Under the pieces are notes generated by a model, which saw nothing but the letters and a program-made list of their open reading frames with translations, ran no database searches and was not told the DNA's origin. A program made the translations under genes and the position numbers. A stretch of DNA of 28,903 bases from Candidatus Thorarchaeota archaeon. GTDB lineage: Archaea > Asgardarchaeota > Thorarchaeia > Thorarchaeales > Thorarchaeaceae. Below are positions 1 to 10,800 of the stretch, piece by piece; position 1 is the first letter of the stretch; every line of letters starts with the position of its first letter. Location: the NCBI GenBank assembly GCA_048882385.1, contig JBHLRQ010000033.1, positions 1 to 28,903 on the forward strand. The letters are read 5' to 3'.

Positions 1-2
1 GA

Positions 3-149
3 ATAACTATTGGTCCAATTATCTTTGGGATTCTCTTTCCGATTATTGGAATGACCAATGCTTTCCTTTTTGTAGGACTTCTTGAATTGGTGACCCTTAC
101 TATCAACATCTTTCTTGTAAGGTCATATTTCCATGAAATAATCCGATAA
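3..149 (+). CDS. 3' end of a membrane protein, probably an MFS transporter (truncated by window)
   Basis: Hand translation ITIGPIIFGILFPIIGMTNAFLFVGLLELVTLTINIFLVRSYFHEIIR* (TAA 147-149). Two hydrophobic helices with a GP..xG pattern typical of MFS TM11-12. Confidence 0.65.
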   Translation: MTIGPIIFGILFPIIGMTNAFLFVGLLELVTLTINIFLVRSYFHEIIR

Positions 150-204
150 ACCGTGTACAGTATGAATCTTATATCAGTTAGAACAACCTCCCACAAGAAC
201 ATAG

Positions 205-723
205 ATGATTGATTGGCTGCTCATACTCGCAATCGAAATCTGCATTATAATATTCGTGACTTGGATAGCATGGTCAGGGGTTGTAGGAGCACCATGGTTA
301 CCTACACCAAAGAAAAGAGTCAGGGCGATGCTCGAGATTGCTAATGTCAAAAGTGATGACACCTTATATGATCTTGGATCAGGGGATGGTCGCATCATCG
401 TAATGGCGGGTAAAGATTTCGGAGCTACATCAATTGGAATAGAGATTGATCCTCTCAGGCTAGCATGGTCAAGACTAGCAATTCGCCGCCATAGACTAAA
501 AGACAAGGTCCAAGTCATTCGAGGGAACTTCTTCAATGTGAATATTTCCAACGCTACAGTTGTTTCGTTGTATCAGGGTTATGTAATCAATATGAAGATT
601 CGAGACAAGCTAGCCAAAGAACTGAAACCAGGGACTAGGGTAGTTTCGTATCGATTCGTTTTGGACGGGTGGATTCCTGTCAAAACTAGTCAAGATGAGT
701 CCATCTTTCTATACGTTGTGTAA
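205..723 (+). CDS. Class I SAM-dependent methyltransferase with N-terminal TM helix (FAM173/aKMT-like lysine methyltransferase)
   Basis: Hydrophobic N-terminus, GAPWLPT pre-motif, motif I YDLGSGDGR, post-I GIEID, ELKPGTRVVSY. Confidence 0.85.
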   Translation: MIDWLLILAIEICIIIFVTWIAWSGVVGAPWLPTPKKRVRAMLEIANVKSDDTLYDLGSGDGRIIVMAGKDFGATSIGIEIDPLRLAWSRLAIRRHRLKDKVQVIRGNFFNVNISNATVVSLYQGYVINMKIRDKLAKELKPGTRVVSYRFVLDGWIPVKTSQDESIFLYVV

Positions 724-764
724 TCAGTTAGAGTTTTGAATCATCAGTTCCATTTGAAAGGGAG

Positions 765-1583
765 ATGATAGTTGAACAGATCATAGCTAAGAGCATCATT
801 ACTAAGAGCAATATACCTGGAATAGACTTTGTAATCAATCCATACATTGGCTGTCAACACTCATGCATCTATTGTTATGCAGAGTTCATGAAGCGATTTA
901 CTGGTCATAGTGGTGATAAATGGGGAGAATTCCTTGATGTGAAGAACTATGACTGGGACAAAATTAAGCCAGAGAAGTATAGCGGGAAAACTCTGCTCTT
1001 AAGCTCAGTCACGGATCCATATACTCCATTGGAGATCAAGTTTGAAAACACTCGACGAGTTTTAGAGAAACTCATTGGAACACAAGCTTCAGTCAGCATC
1101 CTAACAAAATCTAGTCTTGTTACCAGAGACATCGACTTATTCAAACAGTTTGAAGACATCCGAGTTGGAATATCCATCAACTCTCTCGATGAGGATTTTG
1201 TTAGAGTGATCGAACCACGTGCATCAAAACCCAGAGAGCGTATTGAAGCACTAAGAACAGTTTCTGAAGCAGGAATCCCAACTTATGTCTTCATCTCTCC
1301 AATTTTCCCAAGAATTTCTGATTGGAGAGCTATCATTGATGCAGCTGATCCTATCACTGATGATTTTCGATTTGAGAACCTCAACTTCAGGGGACATAAT
1401 GTAGTTCGAATCAGGAACATTGTCACCTCAAGATATCCTGAATTGTCAGAATATTATGAACAAGTTCGGCGTTATCCCTCAATATGGAATGAAATTGAGG
1501 ACGATATAGAGGAATATTGTAAACAGAAACAGGTAAGATGCAAGATTGAATTTCATCATGGCGGTTTCTCAAAGGGATCTTAA
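765..1583 (+). CDS. Radical SAM protein, spore photoproduct lyase (SplB)-like family
   Basis: INPYIGCQHSCIYCYA (CxxxCxxC), SSVTDPY, ILTKS, IEP.AS.P.ER motifs. Confidence 0.88.
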   Translation: MIVEQIIAKSIITKSNIPGIDFVINPYIGCQHSCIYCYAEFMKRFTGHSGDKWGEFLDVKNYDWDKIKPEKYSGKTLLLSSVTDPYTPLEIKFENTRRVLEKLIGTQASVSILTKSSLVTRDIDLFKQFEDIRVGISINSLDEDFVRVIEPRASKPRERIEALRTVSEAGIPTYVFISPIFPRISDWRAIIDAADPITDDFRFENLNFRGHNVVRIRNIVTSRYPELSEYYEQVRRYPSIWNEIEDDIEEYCKQKQVRCKIEFHHGGFSKGS

Positions 1584-1589
1584 AGCAAC

Positions 1590-2609
1590 TTATGAAACAC
1601 GTTCAATCCATGATTCAACTTCCGGAATTCTAATTTCTGTCAATTCACCTAGCATGTCATATACCACTCTGATATGACCTATCTGTTCTTTCATAAGCTC
1701 AACAGCACCCGCGCGCAGTCCCCAAGAAGTAGCTCCGCTATCTAGAGAAACTGACACATCAAACAAACGACGGAGAATGCCTAGAACTTCGAAGTACTCA
1801 ATCTCTTCAACTTCATGACCTATGGCAGTCTGGTACCCACCTAGGACCCAATCCCGATTTTCTTTTGTCGAGTATGCCCTATTAAGAACCAATGTCCATG
1901 CAAGGTCAGATCTAGAATCTGATACGTGAGATGCACCCCAATCAATGACGAATGGATTTTCTTGCTCATCGAACATTATATTCATAGGATGAAAGTCACC
2001 ATGAATAATAGAGGGCGTCTTGCAGGGGACATTCTCAATACGACGCTTTAGCCAGTCTAGGATCGGAGAAAGTTCAGTCTTCTTATATCGTGCCAAATAC
2101 TCTTGATATTTAGTCAGAGTATTTTCTATGATGAAGAATGGGTCATCAAATAGCTCGGCTTCAACTTTAGATACAAATCTGGTCCAGTCCAAATGGTGTA
2201 AATCAACAAAGAGCTTGCTGAAAACCTTCAGCCATTTTGGATAATCAGCATTTGGCATTTTCAGTCGGTCTTCAAGCGTTCCTCCATTAATCCGATCCAT
2301 TATCATGAAAGGGTTCCCAAGGATTGATTCGTCTGTTTCAGTAACATGAACTCTTGGAACAGGATAGCCAATTTCTTTCAGTTGTTTCATGACCCTTGAT
2401 TCTCGTTCTGCTTTTTCACCGATTCCTGGTGCATAAACTCGAACTATGAAACTCTCCTTCATTCTGCCAGATTCAGATAGCCATTCTATATCAAATGAGA
2501 AAATTTGAGTTTCCCATCCACTTGTGATATCAGTGAATTCTGTGATCTTCATTGATTCCTTGCTATTGTAGTGATTCTGCAGGTAAGACAGGAGGCTTGT
2601 AGAGTCCAT
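1590..2609 (-). CDS. Aminoglycoside phosphotransferase/choline kinase-like family kinase
   Basis: GWET P-loop region, PVP.V, HGDFHPMN Brenner motif, IDWG metal-binding motif. Confidence 0.85.
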   Translation of the reverse strand: MDSTSLLSYLQNHYNSKESMKITEFTDITSGWETQIFSFDIEWLSESGRMKESFIVRVYAPGIGEKAERESRVMKQLKEIGYPVPRVHVTETDESILGNPFMIMDRINGGTLEDRLKMPNADYPKWLKVFSKLFVDLHHLDWTRFVSKVEAELFDDPFFIIENTLTKYQEYLARYKKTELSPILDWLKRRIENVPCKTPSIIHGDFHPMNIMFDEQENPFVIDWGASHVSDSRSDLAWTLVLNRAYSTKENRDWVLGGYQTAIGHEVEEIEYFEVLGILRRLFDVSVSLDSGATSWGLRAGAVELMKEQIGHIRVVYDMLGELTEIRIPEVESWIERVS

Positions 2610-2684
2610 ATCCTTCTGGTTGGATGTTCATTGATTTATCTTTGGTTCTGGCCAGGGATTTACGAGAACTGAAAGAGAAACCAT

Positions 2685-2700
2685 TGTTCCTAAAGGAACA
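2685..2700. promoter_or_regulatory. Palindromic candidate transcription-factor site between divergent genes
   Basis: TGTTCCT-AA-AGGAACA perfect 7-2-7 inverted repeat in the 2610-2844 divergent intergenic region. Confidence 0.4.
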
Positions 2701-2844
2701 TGTTTACGGAAGAAGAAAAGGAAAAAGGCATTTCATAAACTTCCACTGAGAACCGAGTTTACACATTTTCTCCAAGGCTTAGCAACACCACATTGCTTAA
2801 ATATTGTTAACTATTTCAATGGTCTTGACAAATGAGGTGTTAAG

Positions 2845-4242
2845 ATGGGAGTCACTCTAAAATCATCAACGAAGATTCTTGAATTGGCAAATGAATTTCC
2901 ATTCCTGTTCGATACACTTGTAGAAATATCGCCCAAATTGAAGAGATTGCAAAATCCAATTCTCCAGAAGACAATCGGACGTAGAGCTACTCTTACTGAT
3001 GTATCAAAGATGTCTGATGTTCCATTAAACCGTCTCTTTGTTCTACTCTCTGAATCAATATCCCAGAACACAAATGAAGATGTCGAGATTGACAAGGATG
3101 AGCAGGAAAAGGGGGAGTGGCAAGACGAGCTCACTAAAAGACAAAGGAAACTAAAAGACCTAATTCTAGGACTTCACAGTGGAGAAGATATGAAGAAGCT
3201 CCAGGCGGAGTTCAAAGAAATACTCGTTGATGTCAGCCCAACAGAAATTGCTGAGATGGAGCAATCTCTCATAGATTCTGGTGAATTGACTGCACAGCAG
3301 GTCACTGCACTATGCGATCTTCACGTTCTTGTTTTCAAGGAATCACTTGATGTTCAGCAAACGCCCTCTACAACACCTGGACACCCTATTCATACATATA
3401 TGAGTGAGAATGAAGAAGCTCAAAGATTAGTAAACATCTTGAAAGAAGATCCTAGCGATACAAGCACTCTGGAAAATCTCAAGAGAATCGTCATCCATTA
3501 TACACGACTGCAAAATCAACTTTTTCCACTTTTGGAGAAGGCTGGAGTCACTGGACCCTCAACTGTCATGTGGGCTAAGCAGGATGAAATTCGTGAGATG
3601 ATTAACAAGGTAGATGCTTCAAACCTTAACGAATTATTGTCTGCAATCGAAGAGCTGATCTACAAAGAAGAAAACATTCTATTTCCGATGTCTCTGGAAA
3701 ACCTATCAGAATACGATTGGGTGAAAGTCCGAACTGGAGAAGAAGAAATTGGATATGCATGGATTACACCTGGAAGTGATTGGAAACCAATATCTCCAAT
3801 TGATATTCACCAGGTTGAAAAGAAACCTGAGGATCCTAGGATAAATCTAAACACTGGTAGTTTGACGCTCAAGGAGATTGATCTCCTCTTAAGGCACCTA
3901 CCTCTCGATATTTCATTTGTCGGAGTTGATGAGAAGGTAAAATATTACTCCGCTACTGATGATCGTATTTTTCCAAGAAGTCCTGCTGTTATTGGGAGAG
4001 ACGTAATCAACTGCCATCCAAGCAAAAGCTATGACAAGGTAAAGAAGATTCTTGATTACTTCAAGGAAGGAAAGAAAGACAAAGCTTTGTTTTGGATTAC
4101 ATTGGGTGACAAGTTCTTTGTCATTAGCTATTATGCTGTAAGAGATGACGAGGGCAAATTCATCGGAACCTTGGAGTTCACTCAGGATGCTACTGAAATC
4201 AGAAGCCTCGAAGGTGAACAACGACTGCTTGATTGGTCGTAA
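2845..4242 (+). CDS. DUF1858-DUF438-hemerythrin-like-PAS domain protein
   Basis: EIAEMEQSL..LCDLH (DUF438); GHPIHTY..EN, HY.R..NQLFP, VMW...DEIR, KEENILFP (hemerythrin-like); IFPRSPAVIGRDVINCHP (PAS_10). GAGGTG RBS 5 nt upstream. Confidence 0.85.
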   Translation: MGVTLKSSTKILELANEFPFLFDTLVEISPKLKRLQNPILQKTIGRRATLTDVSKMSDVPLNRLFVLLSESISQNTNEDVEIDKDEQEKGEWQDELTKRQRKLKDLILGLHSGEDMKKLQAEFKEILVDVSPTEIAEMEQSLIDSGELTAQQVTALCDLHVLVFKESLDVQQTPSTTPGHPIHTYMSENEEAQRLVNILKEDPSDTSTLENLKRIVIHYTRLQNQLFPLLEKAGVTGPSTVMWAKQDEIREMINKVDASNLNELLSAIEELIYKEENILFPMSLENLSEYDWVKVRTGEEEIGYAWITPGSDWKPISPIDIHQVEKKPEDPRINLNTGSLTLKEIDLLLRHLPLDISFVGVDEKVKYYSATDDRIFPRSPAVIGRDVINCHPSKSYDKVKKILDYFKEGKKDKALFWITLGDKFFVISYYAVRDDEGKFIGTLEFTQDATEIRSLEGEQRLLDWS

Positions 4243-4393
4243 ATAATCAGCCTAACAAAGGAAAGAAACGCTACACAGAAAGTATCACTAAAAATGCGAA
4301 GACTTTTACCAGAATTTGCTATTTGTGCATCAGGGAAACTGCGGAAATAAAGGCAAGTAGAGAGAAGGCTACTGTCCAGAGGTAAGAGTAGAG

Positions 4394-4792
4394 ATGAGTA
4401 CGACTTGGTTCATTGCAAAAGAGTATCTTAAAAGACTGGAGATTGATTTTGAAGAACATGGTAGAAAGACCTTCAGTCTTTATCCATATGGCCCTACAGT
4501 AGCTAAAGTAATTGAGGTCTTCCCTGGAAAGAATTGGATTACACTAACTACAAGACTCATGGACCTCTCAGAAGTACCAACACGTAACAAGAAAGGTGTT
4601 TATGAGAAGCTCCTCAAATCCAATGCGACGCTTGTAGAAGTGAATTTTGGGATTGATAAGAGGAATTGCCTAATGATTCGCAACGCAATTCCAGTAACAG
4701 GAATCTCATATGACATCTTCAACTGCACATATGAAGCACATCTTGCTGGTGTCAAATTCTTCCATGAAAAGCTGAAGCCACAACTAATCTGA
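4394..4792 (+). CDS. YbjN / type III secretion chaperone (CesT)-fold protein
   Basis: 132 aa with the pattern YEKLLKSN....VNFGID....I typical of the YbjN/CesT fold. Confidence 0.6.
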   Translation: MSTTWFIAKEYLKRLEIDFEEHGRKTFSLYPYGPTVAKVIEVFPGKNWITLTTRLMDLSEVPTRNKKGVYEKLLKSNATLVEVNFGIDKRNCLMIRNAIPVTGISYDIFNCTYEAHLAGVKFFHEKLKPQLI

Positions 4793-4804
4793 TGTTTTTA
4801 ATAG

Positions 4805-4841
4805 AGGAAGAAAGAGCGCAGAGCGGGCTCGAAGCCCGCTT
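4805..4841 (-). terminator. Hairpin terminator of the giant surface-protein gene
   Basis: AGCGGGCT/AGCCCGCT 8-bp stem (4822-4840) 8 nt past the stop, followed on the minus strand by a pyrimidine tract (CTCTTTCTTCCTCT). Lies between convergent genes. Confidence 0.65.
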
Positions 4842-4848
4842 GATTATT

Positions 4849-7800
4849 CTATTTACGTCTTTTAGCTCCAAGAATCACAACAAGTACAACTAATGTTCCG
4901 AAGGCACCATAGACCATGAGCATAGCCTCACTGTCCTCAGGGCTTGGACCTGGGGGTGTTGGTGTTGGTCCAGCTGTAGTAGTAGTTGTAGTTGTTGCAG
5001 AATCTGCTACAACGTAGGAATTCTCTCCGGAGATTCCTTCGTTTCCAATACTATCGTAAGCAACGATACGATAGGTAACACTGACACCATCAGCTTGAGC
5101 TGGAATGATACCACTCCAAGTGTCACCGACGTTTGTCATTGTGACATTGATCCAAGGACCTGATTCGACTCTATACTGCAATGTTGCACTATCAACTCCA
5201 GAGATATCTAAAATATCCGAGGAAACAGTAACAGACTCACTTGATATTGGATTAGTCGGATTATGTGCGATGAGTGTGATTGATGGACCAAAGGTATCAG
5301 GTACACCACCAGTAGCAAAGGTGAATTGCAGTGGAGGAATCTGAAATGAGTTACCATCCACATCTACAGCAGTGATATAGAAACTTACGATAGTTCCAGG
5401 TGCATGGTTTGGAATGATTCCTATCCAATCACCAGTACTATTGGACATGGGTACAATGAAGTCACCACTGGAGTTTGAATAAGTAAGAGTGACAGCTGAA
5501 AGTCCTGAACCACCAGAATCAGATGCACTTGCTGTTATCGTTGCTATCTCATTGCTGTACGCATCGGTTCCATTGACAACGCTTAGGACACCAACGAATG
5601 GAGCGATATTGTCTCTGAAATGGAATACACTATCTGGCGAAACAGCTTCGTTTCCAGCATTATCCTCTGCATAGATTCTGAAATTGAAATCATACCTTGC
5701 TTGGTCAGTTCTCAAGATATCAACGATCCAGCGACCTGATCCCTCGTCGAAGGCCATCGTGTAATTTTGAACACCATCAATGTCATACACTTTGACTGTT
5801 TTAACACCTGAACCACCGCCATCATGAACTTCAGCCTCTATACGTACATAATCACCGAAGGCGTCTGGATAATGAGCAGCAGTAACACCTGCAAACTCAG
5901 GATCATATGTGTCAATTCCCCCGTGTGAAATGTATCCGACAAAGATTGGATCTACAGTCACAGCCCAGCCATCCCATTGTGGGAAGCCAATAACTGTGTA
6001 AAACTGTGTTGAAGCAACTGAGAAGGTTGTAGCCGAATGTCCACCACCAGAAACGTAAATCGCACTAAACGCCCCTACTGGGACCGTCTGAGCATCAACA
6101 TTCGTAGACATTGAAGAGTTCTTTGACCAATCGTAGGGTGTTCCACCTAGGCTCATTAGAGCAACACTGCTCAGACCACTTGCCATTGTGAAGTTGTAAG
6201 ACGCCGCCGCTTGGTCATTGGTTATCGTCTGTCCGAGATCATCAATGTATGATGCATTTGCAGTTAGTCCTCCACTAGTGAGGATGGATATGTCACTGTA
6301 AAATGCAACAGCAAGACTTCGTCCTTCTAGAGGATTGGTTGTTGATGGAAAGTCCAATTCCCAATCTCCAATTGCTATGTCAAACTTGACATCAGCACTA
6401 TTCGGTATGGATACATTCTCATTCACTTCACCAGTAAAGTGTACATCAATGGAGAACTCCTCAGTTAGACATTCAGTGGGTCTCTCATCGAACTCAACAA
6501 AGTCAGAGCCATAATATGCTCCCTCGTACCAATCAAAGTAGGATCGCACACCAAATGGATAGACCTCTCCAGTCACATTATAGAACGAAACCCCAAAGTC
6601 TATTGTTTCATTGACTGCACGATACTCGGAGTCAGTTGGATTGTAGTTACCCCAACCTTCACCAGGTGTGGTGAAGTTGACAGACTCGACATCAATTGGC
6701 ATCCAATAGTGTGTTAGCTCAGCATCGCCAAGAGCTTCAGATGAGATATTCATGAAATTGTCAAGGCTTGTGTCATTCCAAGCAAACATTCCTGCATATT
6801 GATATGCGAGATTGATATCCATCAAATCTGAGTGCGTGCCATTACTAACTTCTGTGCTGTACTGTTCATCAAGTTCCCACCATAGCCAACTCCATTCCTG
6901 TGAGTTGTCTTCAACCCAATCCCAACCTTTGGACTGTGCTTCAGTGACTATATCGGTGTATGTTCTATTCTCAAACATCCAAGCAATACCCCAATAACCA
7001 GGTCTTGGATTTCCATATGAGTCAAACAGTGTGCTTGAAACATTTACGTACTCTGCGGCAGTCAGTTCTTGACCAGTGTCTGCATGAGTCCAGATGTTCA
7101 ATTCACTCCAATCGTATGTCCAGTTGAATGTGACCATTCCAGTGTAGGAATGCAGATTGAACTCATCACCGTAAGATGTTGTGCTATTGTTGGGTTCCCA
7201 GAGTATAGTGACATCCAGATATTGCTGAGTCACATTGAAGTAGTCAGTGCTTGAGTGAATCTCTCGAACATAGTATTGATCTGTTGTTGTGTCAAGATTG
7301 CCATCCAAGTCAAGAGCACCGGACAGAGGATCAACTGTCCAAACATCATTCTCCCACATTCCAAAAGCTGGAGTACCATATACAATTCTCTCTTGAGTAC
7401 GTATGATTGTTATAGGAAGAGGAGCGTAGTCCAACTTCATGCTGTATCCTTGTGTTCTGAATGCTTGATAGATAACACTTTGATTGCCTCGACCATGATA
7501 CACTGTACCATTTACATCGAATGCCCATGATGGGAAGTTGAATTTTGTACTCTCTGGAGTATTATAGAGATCAACCAACTCGTATTTGGATCCATTAAGA
7601 ACAGATTGCAGAAAGACATAGTGGTGTGGAACTATGTTGTCCATCATGTAAGTCATGTTATACCATTGACTACCATCCCACTCCCAGTAATCAACTGGAT
7701 AATGGATAATAGGAACATCTGCACCTTTGAAGAAGAATGTTCCATTCCATGGCTCACCTGTTACATTTTCAACGAAAATAAGTTCTGCAGAATAATCCAT

Positions 7801-10800
7801 CCATCCTTGCCATCCTTGGTATTCACCGTAGATATCAATCATGTAGTATCGATCTATCTTCGACATAGTAATGTTAGTGGGTTCGGCAACAGGATGGTCC
7901 ATTCTTGAAAAGAAGTATGTACCATTTGACAATGAGATGTTAAGGAACGTTGCTCTCCAAGTTTCGTTGTAGAAGAACTCATCACCACTCATCGTCAAGA
8001 CATAGTTATAGCCACTGGTCATATTCCAATCATAAATTTGACTGGTCTGATAGTTCCCATCATAGAAACCAGTTTGAAGATCAAGCCAGCCATCCTCGAT
8101 AAACTCGTAGGTGATTGTATCCCGATGACCGTATGCCACAGTCCAATCTTCTTGCATTACTTGTGGAATCCAAATACTATTGTTTGCAATAGTTGTCCAT
8201 GGTCTATTGTCAAGACCATCACTGTCATAATTATAGTTCAATCGATACATTGAATCAATACTCCAATCAGTGAGATTGTAGACTACTCCTGTATCGATTT
8301 GCCAGATATCATACAAATACCCGTTTGTTGGTTCCCATTCTTGAATTGGTAACTGGATTGCTTCATAGGTCGAACCATTTACAATTGCATATTCCTTTGC
8401 GAAATATTGACCTGTTAGATGATTGTAAATATTCTCAAGATTGTTTAAATCCCATACACTCCACATTGGAATTCCTGGAGCTGGTAACTGGTATTGCGTC
8501 CCCTCTATAATAGCATAGACGAACGAATGTGTCATATGATGCGGAATGAAGAATGAAGTCGAATTATAGACACCTGTCATCAATTCCCAAGGCCATTCAA
8601 ACATGTAAAGTACACCCATATCCCAATAGTGGTAGCCCCACATTTCATTCCACCAGAATTCCACAGGTTCATAGGTCCCGTTGCGATACATAATATAATG
8701 GTCACGACCTAGATACTCTGGCCAACCTCTCATATAGAAGGGCGTAGTCCCATTTAGGTATGTCACATATGTATAATCAACTCGGGATACATCAACAACC
8801 TCTTGGAATTGTGGCATCCAGTTGTTCCAAAATGACCACGGAAGCACTATGACAGAACCATTCACCGCAATCATATAGTGGAGGTCATCCTTTCCTGTGT
8901 ATTGTGGACCATCACCCCAAGCCAGAAACGATGTATTTCCCAATGCAGGCAAAGTGATATTGAATACAACTGCGACACTTCCAGAATAGACTTTGATTTC
9001 AGTACCATTTGCAAACTGGATGAAGTATTCTTCTTCACCAGTTGTATAATTGAATTCGGATCTGATGTTGGATTCCCAGTTTTCATTCATATCTGTCATG
9101 AAATAGGGCTTGAGGTCAATTTTTTCTGCACCTATCTCTATGTATGCAACTTTCTCACGTTGGTAGAAATCTCCGGTTTCGTTGTTTCGGAATATCTCTG
9201 CTCTAACTGGTTCTTCCATGTATATTTTGGTTCCATTAAGATAACTATACACTGTGTTCTCATTCCATCCAAGAACAGTGTGTTCACCCCAACCGGACTC
9301 GTAGTCTTCCACCCACGTTAAATCTCCGTAGAAGTATTTCCATTGCCATTCTAACTGAGGTAATTCTAATGTTGGCACAATATCAAAGGAAACTCTGAGG
9401 TCATTTCCAACAAGATTTCGCATGATATTTACTACATCAAGCCAGTGAACTGGCATCTTGAGACTTGGCGAGTTTTCGGATAACCAACGCGGCACCCAAT
9501 CATTAGCAACAAAATCCCAGGTTAATTCTTCCCAGTACCAGTCTTCAACTAACACATATTGAGGTTCCCAACGACCATCAAATATCTCAACCATTTGCCA
9601 TTCCCAATGCGATCCATATCGCCATTGTGTTCGAACCGTTCTGTTGAAGACATCAACATCGACCAACCCATGAGAATCAATCCGTATCTGAATCTCAATT
9701 TCAGACCATTGGTGCCAGTCATTCATTCCATCAAAGCCCCAATCTTCTTCATAGGCTTTCATGAAGAATCCTATACCATCTATCTCTTCGAAGTAGTCAG
9801 CACCTCCCTGAAGCCAAGATTTGACGGTAAAGGTTTCAGCAATATCAGTTTGGAACATCCAATCTGGTTGGTAAGGTTCACCTGCATGTGTCAATGTGAC
9901 GATTGAAACTGGTGATTCCACAGCCAAACTGCGAAGTTGTTCGTACTGAGCTGCGAGCTCTGGAGGAGACAATGGCAAATTTGCTAAAGGTGCAAGATTT
10001 CGACCATTAATGTCAGTGACTCGTTCCTCGATGTGGAGAGGCCACGAGTCTTCAGAATTAGTAGGAAGCACATCTTCACTTATATGACCTCGATAAGTCA
10101 AGACGAGATTCCCATCTTTCCAATAGGATCCACTAGAAGTTTCATTTACGATGAAAGGCAGTGGGTATCTATCATCCGCAGGCCACGGTTCATATTCATA
10201 CCATTTTACTGTTTCCCAATGACCTCCCTCTTTATCATCTACCCACGTACCATTCTCATAACGATATGCAAGCATATTGGTGAATGTTCCAGATACAAAA
10301 TCATAGACTAGAGCGGCTTTTCCATAGGTTGTTTGGTCATGCGGCATCCCATCCCAATAGATGTATTCTCTTCCAGTATCAAGATATGTGTAACCATCCT
10401 CATAATGGAATCCTTCCTTTTGAGCTGTCCAGTTGACTGTCTTAGCAGCATTCCAGAAATATGTCTGAGTGATGTTATTATAATCCCAGACACCTGTGAC
10501 CTCTCTAGTGATTGTGTATAGACCATATACGTAATTTTGAGTTTGGATTTTATTCGGAATTTCAAAAAGGATGGTAGAATTGGCAAGAAGTGATCCATTT
10601 GCTATTGTTGCAGTCATATTGAATTCTGTACCATATGTTGCAGAATGCAATGCACTCCCATCATCCGAAACTCTCTCCCAATCGTAGTATCCACCCACAG
10701 CTTGATCTACGAGGAAGTTGAAAGTAGCTCCAATAATTCTACCACTATTGAATTCTTCAAATCGACTTTCTGCAAGAGAATTGAATTCTGAATCTTGAAC

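Noticed and set aside
2624-2749. 41-aa + strand ORF MFIDLSLVLARDLRELKEK... in the divergent intergenic region
   Set aside because: No RBS or motif, and it would occupy the promoter space of the kinase gene.
4975-4998. GTA/GTT trinucleotide run
   Set aside because: Encodes the Thr linker of the surface protein with mixed codons; not a CRISPR or contingency repeat.
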